Below are positions 38,746-51,609 of a stretch of 60,000 bases of DNA, one piece after another. The notes below the pieces were generated by a model. That model searched no databases and had not been told where the DNA came from. It saw only the letters and a list, made by a program, of their open reading frames with translations. Source of the stretch: Malacoraja senta (taxonomy: Eukaryota); assembly GCA_038087875.1 (NCBI GenBank), contig CM075993.1, positions 7,690,001-7,750,000 of the forward strand, written 5' to 3'. The translations under genes and the position numbers were made by a program. The stretch's first letter is position 1. Every line of letters begins with the position of its first letter.

Positions 38746-41700
38746 CTGAAAGGAGAAAATTCCACCTTAAGTGGTGCAATTTCTCTTTAGACCAAAATGG
38801 CCCATTTCTTGATTCTAGATTCCACCATGCATCTAGCCCATCAAGTGCTGTAACATTGAGTGAAATCACTTCACAATCTTCTAAACACTTAGAAGACGCA
38901 GGCCTAATTTATCCACTGCATCAAATCTGCCACATTTGAAAACAATCCCTCAACAAGAGACCAAAACCCACGGTACACACTACCACTGGTCGTCTCACTA
39001 ATACTATCACTGCACTAAGGCATCTATACTTAAACATCTTATAAAAGTGAATGTCGCATTCACATTTAATTGCTTGTTGTACTTGCATCATAGCTTTCAG
39101 GTAACTTGCATACAATTTCTAAGTACTGCTTTTCAATTATGCAAAATGGATGATTTCCATTTTCTACATTGTATTACACCCACCATGTTCTTGCCAACTC
39201 AAGTTGCCCCTATCCTCATGAAAGCCTTTTTACATTTTCATCTCTACTCAATTCCATTTACATTTCCAATTTTACCAATTCAAAATTAACATTATCTCAG
39301 TCAAATCATGAATAGCTGGGGCTGAACCACAATACTTACAGCATCCACTAGTCTTACTGTCAATTTGGAAAGGGCTGAGATATTCACCCCAGTCTCTGTC
39401 TATCAATCTATTCTCAATTTATGCCAGTATCATATTCTCAATACCATGTGCTCCAATCTTGCCAATCCCCAACATAGTGCCCTATCGTAAGCCATTTGAA
39501 ATCCAAGTATTAACATCCACTGGCTCCCACTCACGTCAACTATGATACAAGTCAAACAGACATACTTTGCATAGATCATGCCAACATTGTTCAATAGTAT
39601 TGTTTTCTATGTCTTGTTTTATGTTATAGCATGTTCCCCTCATTAGGCCAATGTTAGTAGATCCATTTCTCTCAAATTGCTGCAGCTCAAAATGCATCGT
39701 GTGTCATTGCCAATCAACTGCTCAAGTTTTGGCAATCGCAAATCAGTCTGAAGTCTGTGCTATAATGCCATGTTTTAGCAAGACCTGTATCACGGCCAGT
39801 GTGGCACCCCTTTTCAAGATAGATCCGCATGCAGAGATCCAGCTGGTTTGAAAACAGATAGTGTTAAGCTTAATATGAAACCAGGCCCATTGAATAGGGA
39901 AGATTTCTTTAAATGGGAAAACTGGAAGCAGATGCACGCAAGTGTGAAGTCAGCCTTGAACATTTACATTTTGTTGAATGCTTTACCAGAAGAGCAAGGA
40001 ACACAAAAACTGCAACGACTCCAATAATTCTGAGCAAGCAGAAGTGTAAGGTAGTGCAACAGGTTGGGTGCCTGATGAGAAACCAAAAGCTCTCGTCATT
40101 ACAATCCTTGATTTTTTTTGTTTGAAGGTCACAGAGAATGTCCTTACTATGAAGCAACAGGGATGAAGCAGATGGTGGTTTGCCATCTTGGCTTAACCCC
40201 AGAATACAATCTCAGACTTGGAGTACGTTACACTAAATACAGTACAAGTGTTCCACTCTGGAGCACAAAATCTCTTCATCCAAAATCAGTTAATGCATCA
40301 GATAAAAGGATCAAGATTTTTAAAAAAAATTCAGGTTGCCCAGGGAACTAATCACCAAGTATTGCATACATGAATATGGAATCAATAGCTGCTAATAAAA
40401 AAAATGAATTTCCCATTATAATACTTTAGCAAATCACTAATAAGCAATTGTACTTTTGCCAGATGCAGTCAAAACCGATGCAAAATGGTTGCTGTATGGA
40501 TGGATTAATTAATTCCAATAGTTATTTAACCTCCATCCATCTTGCTGCCATTTTGAAATACAGAAGCTGAATATGGTCATTTACACATTTTATTTAGCTC
40601 CGAGCTGTAGTGAAAGCAGATTCATCTGAACATCCCAGTGCCAGTGGGTGTTCAAAACAAAGTGGTGACAGATCTAGATTCAGCAAACAATCAGCTAAAA
40701 TAATGGTTAACATCAACTCAATTATAGAATGACTGGTCCAATTTTCCTCAGCATGCCTATCGTGACTATTGTCATGGTAATATCCTTTCCCACTACAGTT
40801 TTGACATTAGTTGAGATTTAAATTTGTTAAAAGTCCTTTTAGTTTGGATTTACACACCTCCAACATCAACTCTAGGTACATAGCTCATTTCCCCCCCCCC
40901 CCCCCCCCCCAAAAAGACAATATACAGAAAAATATTCAATAAATTACAAGGTGCCATTTTAAATGGCTGAATATGTAGCTACCAAACTATTTAGATTTGA
41001 AATGGGATACTGGGCAAATTCATGTCTGCTTCAGACATATCAACCAGCTTGTGATATATTGGCCCATCTTATGCATTATGCTGCAAAGCACTGGCCATCA
41101 ATAAAGATGATACAATCTCTGACATGGGCTCCTCTCAAGAAGCTTGCAGTCCAAATGTTAATCAAGCTGCACAAGCAAAACCTTACATAACCAATTTTAA
41201 AGGTGAATTAATTATTCAAGTATATAGATCAAATTGCAAAATTAATTTTGAGTTGCACTGTACTTACATTTTTTTAATGATTCCCATCAGCTTCAAGTTG
41301 GGGGGATCACCAAGCAGCAAAACTAATTTCTAAAGTTTGACTATGTACAATAGCTGAAATATAAGCGACAATGTTAAATTTAAAACACCTGGTCTTCAAA
41401 AATCTGATAATTGTTAGGGAGGGGGAAGAGTGATGGACAATGGAAGACCTGGCGTGGGGGGACATCCGTGAAGGGGGGGGAAAGAGGAGAACAAAAGGGG
41501 ATCTAGCGAGGAGGTACTTTGTAACTTTCTAGGCACCCTTTATAGGCAACTACTTGCATACCTTGGATATGCAAGCAAAGAATTTCACTGTGACGTCAAC
41601 TGTGACAATAAAGTATTCAATTCAATTGTGCATTTCACACTCATTCAAATTTACAAGACGAATGATCAGCCAATTGGGTTTGTGAAACATTTGGGAAGGA

Positions 41701-44700
41701 AAGGTGGAAAGTGTTAAAGAGTGTATTGAGAAGTAGCATTAATGAGTGCAAATACCTTCAGTACTAGTATCTTTTGGGAATCCTTGTGCAAGAATCAAAC
41801 CCCGAGCTTCAATATTGATTGCGGACAAGCGCTTCTTCATATCATTGAAAGCCATTCAGCCAACCATTTTTTGGCCAGCTCAGCAATCTTACCCCCACAT
41901 TTTCCTTTAAATTCCCAACTCTATCGGCAGAAAGGTCAATTTACAGCAGTAAATCAATCTAACCACATCAACAATTTGCTGGAGGAACTGAGTTGAGCAA
42001 CTAATGCGATGAGACGAGGGGAGGTCAAAATGATTCCACCCCCACAGCCACTGCTCAACCTACTGAGTTTCTCCAACAGATTGTTTGTTTGCACCAGATT
42101 GCAGCATATTGTCTCGTGTTTCTAATCTAACCAAGTCTTTTGGACATTGGATACCCAAGAGAATCCTTACTGGACATTAGGATACTATGGAAACTGTACA
42201 CAGATAGCAGACGTCAGAATATAAGCAGGTTGGCTGGAGTCATGAGATAGCTGCACTATATGGTGTGCCACTGATCCGCCCAGGTAATAGGTTTCAACAA
42301 AAGTCCTTGACATTTAAATTAGATTCACAGAATAAATCTCTGGACCAGACAGAGTGAAAATGTTGATTTCTTACCATTATAGAGTTTACAAAATTCAATA
42401 ATTTTAATGATACCAATTACAATGTTTATTTTACTTTGAAGGTCTGTTGGCTTCTCAAAATACTCAACAACCACCTTATTATGGCTTTCATATACATAAG
42501 AAAAACAACACACCTAGCAAAAGTCAAACAATTTAAAATTTAATGAGACAGAAATAAAAAAACTATGCTGACATATGAAGCTAAGGTGGCTCGTAGAGCT
42601 TGAAGACCAATAGATATGTTGGCTGCACAGGTGTACGTTTGATGTAATTAGTTCAGCAGGGCGAAGATCCTTTGTAACTGCTATTGGTTTAATTTCAGCA
42701 CTTACGGCAGTTGCTGACCATCCACTTAAAAAACAATATTGAAAACAATGTTTGTATGTGGCATTGCACATTTTACCATGATGCACTTGTATTCACCAGA
42801 AAGGCTGTGGTACATAGTGAAGTATCAATTTTTAAGCAAAGTTGTTAGGTGACAAAGTGTCATCATCTTCTGACCCCAATATCTAAATGCACAAGATATT
42901 GACCACCAACATCTTCAATTATCAAGTTTGACCAAATCAGCAATTATTCTCAAAAACACATTTTACCTTAGGTCTCTATACAATGGGACCACAGTGAAAG
43001 GGTTAAGAGAGGAATAAGCATGTGTGGACAATTCCAGAGCATACGACCTGGTCAGCTGAAAGATGAAGAAATTGAAGTAAAGAATTTACAAAAGGCAAAT
43101 TTAGGAGAGCATACTTGAAGACTATGAAGAGGAAATCAAGAGGGGTTAGAGGGAAACACTACACAGATTAGAAAAACTAAGTTTAGAATCTCAAAATGCC
43201 TTGACAGAGCACATGATGAACTTCTCATGCATTTAGTTTGAAATGAACACAATCTTCCCAACCTTGACTAACTTATAGGAGGCCAGTTAGGCTACTGGGA
43301 AAACAAAGACATTTTAAATTATTTTTGGCAGTATTTGATTATACTGTTGAGTTTCAAGAACAGCTAAATAGCCCTTTACTGGTTTCCAATTTATTCCTCA
43401 AAATACAGGTGTCACAGACGAGGTCAGCTTTTAGAATTCTTGATCCTTCCTTAATGATACACAAGACAAGTTTCACTTAAAACTTCAAAAGTCAGGAATA
43501 ATAATTACATGCAACTGAATATATGCCAAATTCTCTTCAGAAAGCACAGAGGACTTGCTGTATACAATTTGAAGCTGTTGTGGATCAGAAAGTAGGCACA
43601 GACAGATCAGAAACAGTGTTACGATAGCCTATTTTACAAATTAGCTCCATGTATCAAATTGGAACACTTGGGTCAGACTGCAATGTTTGCACGTAGTTTA
43701 ATCAATGGTCGCAATCATGAAAGCGTCTCATCTTGAGTGGCTGTTTAGTTATTTAATGTAAAAACAAAATTTAGTTGGTCCTCTGGAAGCCAGACTAAAT
43801 TGTCATAGCTCTGCAAACACCTAGAAAATCTTGATGTGCTGGGTTAGGCATGTCCAACCATTATAATTACAGAGAGAAAGAAGCCATTCAGACCCATGTA
43901 CCTGTTCGATCATTCAAAACATGGCCCATCATCCACATTTAAATTTTCATAATTTTCAATATCAAAAATTGAATTGCCCCAAATATACTCTGGGGTTGGA
44001 GAATTCCAAACCTGGGCAAGGAAATTTCTCACCTGCACTGAATGGCACACCCCTTTTGAGATTGATTCTAGTTCTAAACAAAATAGCCAATGGAAACTAG
44101 CTCCACTTCAAACATGTCACACACAGCAAAAACCATGTTGCAGTCAGCTCACCGCATTATAAACTATAGTCATAGGTCAAACTCCTCAAACTTCTTTCTC
44201 GTAATCTTTCACATTATTTTTTTGTAGTGAGACCAGACTTGAAATGATCCCATGTGGTCTCACTAGGAACCTATATAATTGAAGCACTTAATTGAAGCAA
44301 GATGTCCCTCGAACTCAAATCATCTTGCAAAAAAACCCAATGTTTGTCTAATTCTTTGCAGTACCTGCAGGTTAATGTTTAATTTGTATATATCACCATC
44401 CGGGAACCTTTAACAAAAGCTATATTATATACATAACTTGGCCAAATTCATCTATACTTCTGAAATCTTACCAACAACAAACTGGTCATTACCATTATCT
44501 ATGGAGTCACAACTACAGGTTAAGTAATTCATGGGCAAGAAGTTAAACAAGCCATAACATACCTACAATTAACATCTAAAGCATCCAAATTGCTTTAAAA
44601 TAATAGAAGCCATAAACATCAATTAACATAAATACAAGTAATTCAACATGGAAGCAGGCCTTTTTGCCCAACTTGTCAACAGCAACCAAGCTAGTCCAAT

Positions 44701-45897
44701 TTGTCCATGTGAACCATATCCCTCAAAACCAATCCAAACAATGTACCTATCCACGTGTCTTTATAATGTTGTTATAGTAGCTACCTCAAATACCAACTGG
44801 CAGCTCGTTCCTTATACCCTCCACCCTCTGAAAAAGTTGCCTCAGTTCCCATTAAATCTTGCCCCCCTCACCATAAACCTATGTACTCTGGTTTTTGATT
44901 CCCCCTGCTCTGGGTAAAATAATGTGCATTCAGAGGAAGCAAAAGAACCAAAACATTTAAAATGTTACTATTTCCTTGCAAGCCCACAAGTCATTAATGA
45001 ACATTTAAGTTCAAGTTAAGAGAAATTATATTGCTTCCTTTCCCACCTACCTATCACAATAAAATCTTCAGAATGTGGAAAACAATTCCTGCTGTACAAG
45101 GATGTCATATCTTGTAAACTTAAGCCGCATTAAAAGCCAATGAATCAGATGTGCAGAGTACAATTTAAGTGGCCTACGTAGCATCCATGCTCTAAATGAT
45201 CATGTTACTGAAAGAAGCCAAAAGCTTCCACCTTTAACAATTTTTGTATGATCTGTCATTCCCATTTGTCCATAAGCCAGCCTCTGGTTCATCCCAATTT
45301 GAAGCATCTTTGCATTACTACCTGTGCAGTTGGCTGCATGAGAGCCCAGCTCTGATATTCCCTCACTGAACAATTGCCCTTTAAAATTCACCCCAAAACC
45401 TACCTCTGACCAAGTTTTGGTCATCGCTGCCTATCTCTGCAGGTGCTGGTAATCCTGTGAAACATTTTACATTGAAAATAAAGCACTAGAACAATAAAGG
45501 ACAAAGTGCTGGTTAGCACGTAACAAAAGCTTTTCAATGTACCTCGTTACATACGACAATAAACTAAACTAAAACTGAAATCAACTCGGGTCAGGAAAAC
45601 ATGACTAGGTGATGTTTCGGGTCAGTACCTTTTCAGACATCCAGACACGAGGGGTCCCGTTTAAAAATGTCACCTATCTATGTTCTCCAGTGATGCTGCC
45701 TGACCTGCCAAATTACTCCAACACTTGTGCCCTTTTTTGTAAACCTTGCAATTCTTGCTTCTACACTAGAACAAAGAACCATCTCAATCAAGTACGCATA
45801 CGAAAACTGCATTCAACCCCCGCCATAACCCCCAACGTATATTGGAACTAAGCAAAAAGAAAAATTCTACCACATTTATTCCCTGCCAATGCATTAC

Positions 45898-46081
45898 CTC
45901 CCACATTCTCCCTGCGACCCTTGGTGATGGGAGTGGTGCAGACTCCTGAGAAGTCCAGAGAGTTGTCCAACATTGCGTTTATTCTGCGGAAGATGTCAGC
46001 ATTACTGCAGGTAGACAAGGCTGGAGTCTCGGTGGAACGGGGCACATCCCAGCAATCCTGTCCAGAGCCGCGCTCGTTGTT
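45898..46081 (-). CDS. CPEB1: CPEB1 coding exon 2
   Basis: tttcag| acceptor and |gtaatg donor; 184 nt, phase 0 to 1. Translates [55 protein letters not shown], matching recalled human CPEB1 DCWD...[32 protein letters not shown]. Confidence 0.96.
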
Positions 46082-46745
46082 CTGAAAGAAAAAATCCCTA
46101 GTTACGATAAAAAAAGTTGGGCAATTTTACAAGGATAGTTAAGCTAGGTGGTGCAATATAGTTGGTGAACTGCAGTGCACCTAGGCCTACGTGATCTCCC
46201 GGTTGTTAAACACCAACCCCTCCTCCCATTCACCTTTCTGTCCAAGGCCTCCACCACTGTCAGAGTGAGGCTCAGCACAAATTGGAGGAACAGCGTCTCA
46301 TTTCGCTTGGGAGGCTTATTAATGTTGATTTATCCAACTTCAAGTAACCCTTACTTTCCCTGTCTGCCCCTCCATCGTAGTTTCACTGTCCTCCTGATTG
46401 TATGCTTCGTTGTCACCTTCCCCTTAGCTAAACAATGAACCATTCTAATTTTTCCTTGATCATCGTCCCCTTTGATCTGTTTTCACACTTTAACCTTCCA
46501 TATCTCCCTCCCTGACTCTCAATCTGAACAAGGTCTCCACCCGAAATGTCACCCATTCTTTCTCCCCATTGCTGCCCGAGCAGCGGAGTTACTCCAGTAT
46601 TTTAATGTCAACCTTCAGGTGAACAAGGTGACGGGAGGGTGTGAGTGGATTATAATGGGCTTTGGGGGGGGGGGGGGAGAGGGTGAGATGAGAGGGTGTA
46701 GGAGCCACAAGGTGTAGTAAGGAACTGCAGATGCTGGTTTACACC

Positions 46746-46899
46746 GAAGATGGACACAAAATGCTGGAGTAACTCAGCGGGTCAGGCAACACCTATGGAG
46801 GAAAATGAATGGGTGAAGAAGAGTCATCCCATTCCGACTCTCTCCAGCAGAGATGATGCCTGACCCGCTGAGTTACTCCAGCATTTTGTGTCCATCTTC
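46746..46899. repeat. Perfect 43-bp inverted repeat (Penelope-end derived) in CPEB1 intron 1
   Basis: 46746-46788 is the exact reverse complement of 46857-46899. Confidence 0.92.
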
Positions 46900-46929
46900 A
46901 AAGCCTCAAGGTCTGCGAGTCCATCCAGG

Positions 46930-47735
46930 CCCGTGCTCCAGTGCGCGCTCCCGCCACGGGGAGGCGCGCGTTCCCGCCGCCCAGCGCCGGGGGGGGGGGG
47001 GGTGGGGGGAGGGGCGCGACACGACGGGCGCCCGCGGGCCTCGACACCTTCCCGCCCGCCGCCCTGAGGGCGTCCGCCCGCCTCAGACCACACCCCCCCC
47101 CCTTTAACCATTCCCCTCACCGTCCCCTTTACCCCTCTCTCTCTCTCTACCGTGTCTTAGCGCCGGCGGCTCCGATTACCGTTGTTGCTCGGCCACTGAG
47201 AGTTGCTGACTGCCGTCCCCTCCCCGCACGGCCCGCACGCACCCCTCCTCCCACCGTCCCCGCCGCCGCCCCTCTGCGCCGTTACCGAGCGCCGCCTCAG
47301 CCCAGCTCCGACTGACCGACCTCGCCGCCCGCCCATTGGCCCGCTCGCCCGTCTATCACCGCCCGGGCCAATCCCCGCCCCCCGGCCATCGTCCCGCCCT
47401 TCTGGGCTCCCCCATCTTCCAGAGAGGAGGGGTGCCCCCATTCCAAACAACGCCACAATCGCGAATAATTTCGCGACCAGACGCCCTTACCCCTCTCCGG
47501 TAGGAAATAGAGGCGGTGCAATGCGAAACACAAGCACCCTACCCAGTTGGGTCGGTGGCTGTATTTAGTCTTAGTCGGTCACCCACCCTTCCCACCCTCT
47601 CCCCCACCCCGCGGTTGCCGTTGCCCGTCCAGGGTGGGTTGGTAAACAAACGCACGTGGCCCCGGCGCGCGCCGGCCCCTTCGTCCGCTCCACGTGCAGG
47701 CGGGCGGGCGGGAGCGAGCAGACCCGGGAGCGATG
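46930..47735. promoter_or_regulatory. CpG island in CPEB1 intron 1, probable alternative promoter
   Basis: Very GC- and CpG-rich block in an AT-rich background. Has several CCGCCC GC boxes, CCAAT on both strands (about 47335 and 47368), CACGTG E-boxes and candidate minus-strand donors near 47120, 47150 and 47179. Confidence 0.7.
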
Positions 47736-48875
47736 CAGACAACACATAAACACACACATGCATATGTACACAGGCTAGAGATCAAGCTGATATCTGCAAA
47801 ACCTCTTGACGGCAACCTCCCCATCTGATTTTTTTTTTGCATTTGCAAGAAAACGCACAAACAATTCTACATGCCTTTTTCCAAAAGGCATGTGTGTGTG
47901 TATATACATATACACACACACACAGACAGATGCATGCACCCATGCTAGATATCAGCTATTGCCGCAAATCCTCTTGCCGGCTACCTCAACTGCTTTTATT
48001 TTTGCATTTGCAACTATAAAACGCACGAACGATTCTACATGCCTTTTGCCGAAAGTCTTGCACCCATTTGCATGGAACCTTTAAGTCAAAATCTAATACA
48101 CTAGTTTGCAAATATATATATGCACTCCCCCTTTCAGTTTGGCTGGCAAAGCCAAATTCAAAACATTATATATTTAAAACTAGCTTTATATGTTTGCATA
48201 TTCTGTTGTGCTGCTGCAAGAAAGAATTTCACTGTTTTAACTGGGACATGCGATGATAATTAGACTCTCGACTCAAATAGAAAAATTGTTAAACTAAGCC
48301 ATGCAAGGGCGTGACATTGTTCACTTTAAAATGCAATTAAAACATACAAGCTGAAGGCTGGATGGTTAAATCCAGACTCCACTGTAAAGCACAGTAGCAG
48401 CAGCAGAGAGATGCAATAGTTGCTGGCACAGGAATATTTTCATCAGCTCAAGACCTCTCCCCTGTTAAGGCGCGCCACTGTTGCTAACCGCACCCTCACG
48501 AGGGAGAGAAAGGGAGCAACACTAACACCGTGGATCAACGCCAGACTGCATTCGGGAAGGGGTGAGAATAAGACAATAATAAAACATACAAACGGTAAAA
48601 TATTGCGACACTTTAAACAAAAAAACCGGTGCACTCCTAAAGTTGGAAATAGCTTGCAGGACAGCTTGCACGCAGGCTCCACCTCAGAGTTGAATTGTAG
48701 AGAAGCAAAATAACAAAATTTTGTTTTAAAATGAACATTATTTGCCAGACATATTGCTCTCTCTCTCTCTCCCCTCTGTCAGCAGCCGCCGGCCGTAGTG
48801 TCGTGTGAGCTCCTGTTACTGTCGTGACGCACCCTTGGCGCATTCCCTCCCTCTCCTTGTAACAATTTTCCTTAC

Positions 48876-48890
48876 CAGAGAAAAAGCCAT
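48876..48890 (-). CDS. CPEB1: CPEB1 first coding exon (MAFSL)
   Basis: Minus strand gaccATG GCT TTT TCT CTG|gtaagg: strong Kozak context and canonical phase-0 donor. Resembles the short N-terminal exon of vertebrate CPEB1 (human MALSL) and joins in frame to the exon at 46081. Confidence 0.88.
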
Positions 48891-49029
48891 GGTCACCTTT
48901 CCGAGCACAGCCCTCGCTCGCCCCCCAAACACACACACACACACACACTGAGAGAGACAAACAAACAAAAAAAATGAAATTGCAACAGTGACCAAGGGGT
49001 GTAAAAAAAAAATCTTTAAAATAAATCAA

Positions 49030-49085
49030 GACGTTTTGCAACAACGCTCATCGCCCGACGCCCCCTATTTATGTCATTGGTGACT
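49030..49085 (-). promoter_or_regulatory. Putative CPEB1 core promoter
   Basis: Minus strand CCAAT (49080-49076) followed by TATA-like CATAAATA (49073-49066) and a GC-rich GGGGGCG, about 180 nt upstream of the ATG at 48890. Confidence 0.55.
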
Positions 49086-49358
49086 CTCTTCGTCCCAGCT
49101 CGTTGGCAGATGATTCACATTAGAAACACCTGATCTTTCTTGTCTACACCAGGTTTTGGCAATCTGCCTGACTTCCCTCCCACCATGGATGAGCCGTTCA
49201 GCTTCAGACTGGAGCTGAATAGGACAATTAAGTTTGGGGGGGGGGTGTCAGTAAATGAGAAGGTGAATTGAGAATGGAGAGAGGGATTTTTGTATGTGTG
49301 TGGAAATTTTGGAAAGGGTGCAGAGGAGGTTTACCTGAATGATAATATAAATAGCAAG

Positions 49359-49517
49359 GATAGATACAAAAAAGCTGGAGTAACTCAGCGGGACAGGCAG
49401 CATCTCTGGAGAGAAGGAATGGGTGACCTTTTGGGTCTCGACCCGAAACATCACCCATTCCTTCTTTCCAGAGATGCTGCCTGTCCCGCTGAATTACTCC
49501 AGCTTCTTGTATCTATC
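49359..49517. repeat. Near-perfect palindrome made of two Penelope terminal-repeat halves
   Basis: Arms of about 75 bp are reverse complements centred on GGGTCTCGACCC (49433-49444). Confidence 0.9.
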
Positions 49518-49729
49518 TTCGGTTTAAATCAGCATCTGCAATTCCTTCCTACATATAATAACGAGGAACTGCAGATGCTGGTTTATACCAAAGATAGATA
49601 CTAAATGCTCGAGTAACTCACTGGGTCAGGCAGCATTCCTGGAGAATATGGATAGGCAGTGTTTTGGGTCAGAACCCTTCTTCAGACTGACCCTTTGCAT
49701 CAGAAGCCAGCTTCAGACTCATCTAACAA

Positions 49730-50272
49730 TCTTTACAAACACGATGCCTGGATTAGAGGGCATTAGCTGCAAGGAGATTGGACGGACTTGGTATGTTTTC
49801 GTCAGAATGCCAGAGGTTGTGGGGAGATCTGATAGAATTATGATAGACTCGGCTTGTACACGTTGGAATTCAGAAGACTGAGGGGGGATCTTATAGAAAC
49901 TTACAAAATTCTAAAGGGGTTGGACAGGCTAGATGCAGGAAGATTATTCCCGATGTTGGGGAAGTCCAGAACTAGGGGTCACAGTTTAAGGATAAGAGGG
50001 AAGACTTTTAGGACCGAGATGAGGAAATCATTTTTTACACAGAGAGTGGTGAATCTGTGGAATTCTCTGCCACAGAAGGTAGTTGAGGCCAGTTCATTGG
50101 CTATATTTAAGAGGGAGTTAGATGTGGCCCTTGTGGCTAAAGGGATCAGGGGGTATGGAGAGAAGGCAGGGATGGGATACTGAGTTGGATGATCAGCCAT
50201 GATCATATCAAATGGCGGTGCAGGCTCGAAGGGCCAAATGGCCTACTCCTGCACCTATTTTCTATGTTTCTA
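49730..50272 (+). mobile_element. CR1 3' end(s)
   Basis: LEFRRLRGDLIETYKILKG...TRGHSLRI...FFTQRVVNLWNSLP followed by 3' UTR and TTTCTATG tail. Confidence 0.92.
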
Positions 50273-50280
50273 TAAAATTA

Positions 50281-51577
50281 CTAGACCAAGTGCAGACCTG
50301 TTGGGTCTGTTCCCCCACTGCACCCGTTCCCTAGCTGTAGCCCCCACGTGAGGCGTGGTCTTCCAACTCAACCCGTTCCCGAAGGTAAGATTCCAGCACT
50401 CCCCTTGCAGTGATCTTTAAAAAAAATTCCAATTGCACTTGCCCTGCGTGTTGAAATAGCAATTCACCCACCCCCTGCTAGTTGAGCCATTGTGACGTCA
50501 TCAGTTGAAGCTGGTCAGTTTGAAATTCAAGGTATTTTTTAATTTTTTTAAAACTTTAATCGGTAATAAGTTGAGAAATAAAGCATAAAATGTTCAGTGA
50601 AGGTGATCTCTTCCTCGAGGGGCAAAATGTGAATCAGAATATGTAAAAATCTTGTGAAAGTTGGCATTTTTAAAGCTTTAATCGCGAATAACCTTGTCAA
50701 ATATAGGTTGAAATCGTCATTGAGGCTGGTCTCTGCTAGCGGAGCCATTGTGACGCCAACATTTGAAGCTGGTGGTTTTAATTTCAATGTCTTTTGACTT
50801 TTTAAGACTTTTAATCAGTAATAAGTCGAGAAATAAAGCATGAAATGTTCAGATAAGGTGAATCCCGGCCTCGACGGGAAATATGTTAATCGGAATATGT
50901 AAAAATTTTGTTGTTACCGCGTAGTGTTTTTGCGAAGATGTAAAGACAACCACACATATATATACACACACATATATATACACACACATATATACACACA
51001 CACATATATACACACACACATATATATACACACACACATATATATACACACACACATATATATACACACACACATATATACACACACACACACATATATA
51101 ATATACACACACACATATATATATACACACATATATACACACACATATATATACACACACACATATATACACACACATATATATACACACACATATATAT
51201 ATACACAATATATATACACACATATATATATATACACACACATATATATATACACACACATATATATACACACACATATATATATACACACACAATATAT
51301 ATATACACACACATATATATACACACACACATATATACACACACACATATATATACACACACATATATATACACACACACATATATATACACACACAATA
51401 TATATACACACACACATATATATACACACACACATATATATACACACACACATATATATACACACACACATATATATACACACACATATATATACACACA
51501 CACATATATACACACACACATATATATACACACACATATACACTATAAACAAGATCAGACTTTTAATAAGTATATGA
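50281..51577 (-). mobile_element. Non-autonomous Helitron containing a long CA/TA microsatellite
   Basis: Minus strand A|TCATATAC ... CAGACCCAACAGGTCTG hairpin ... CTAG|T. Termini resemble the 27854-28928 element; internal duplication of about 200 bp. Confidence 0.78.
50951..51545. repeat. Compound (CA)n(TA)m microsatellite, about 600 bp
   Basis: Directly visible alternating CA and TA runs. Confidence 0.98.
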
Positions 51578-51609
51578 TATGATGAGAAGCATAGATAAGA
51601 TAGTCAGTC

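Noticed and set aside
46824..47860. Many overlapping Pro/Arg/Gly-rich ORFs
   Set aside because: Expected from stop-codon scarcity in a CpG island; no recognisable protein.
50849..51577. Several ORFs of more than 200 aa (VCVYIY / HTHIY repeats)
   Set aside because: Translations of the CA/TA microsatellite, not genes.
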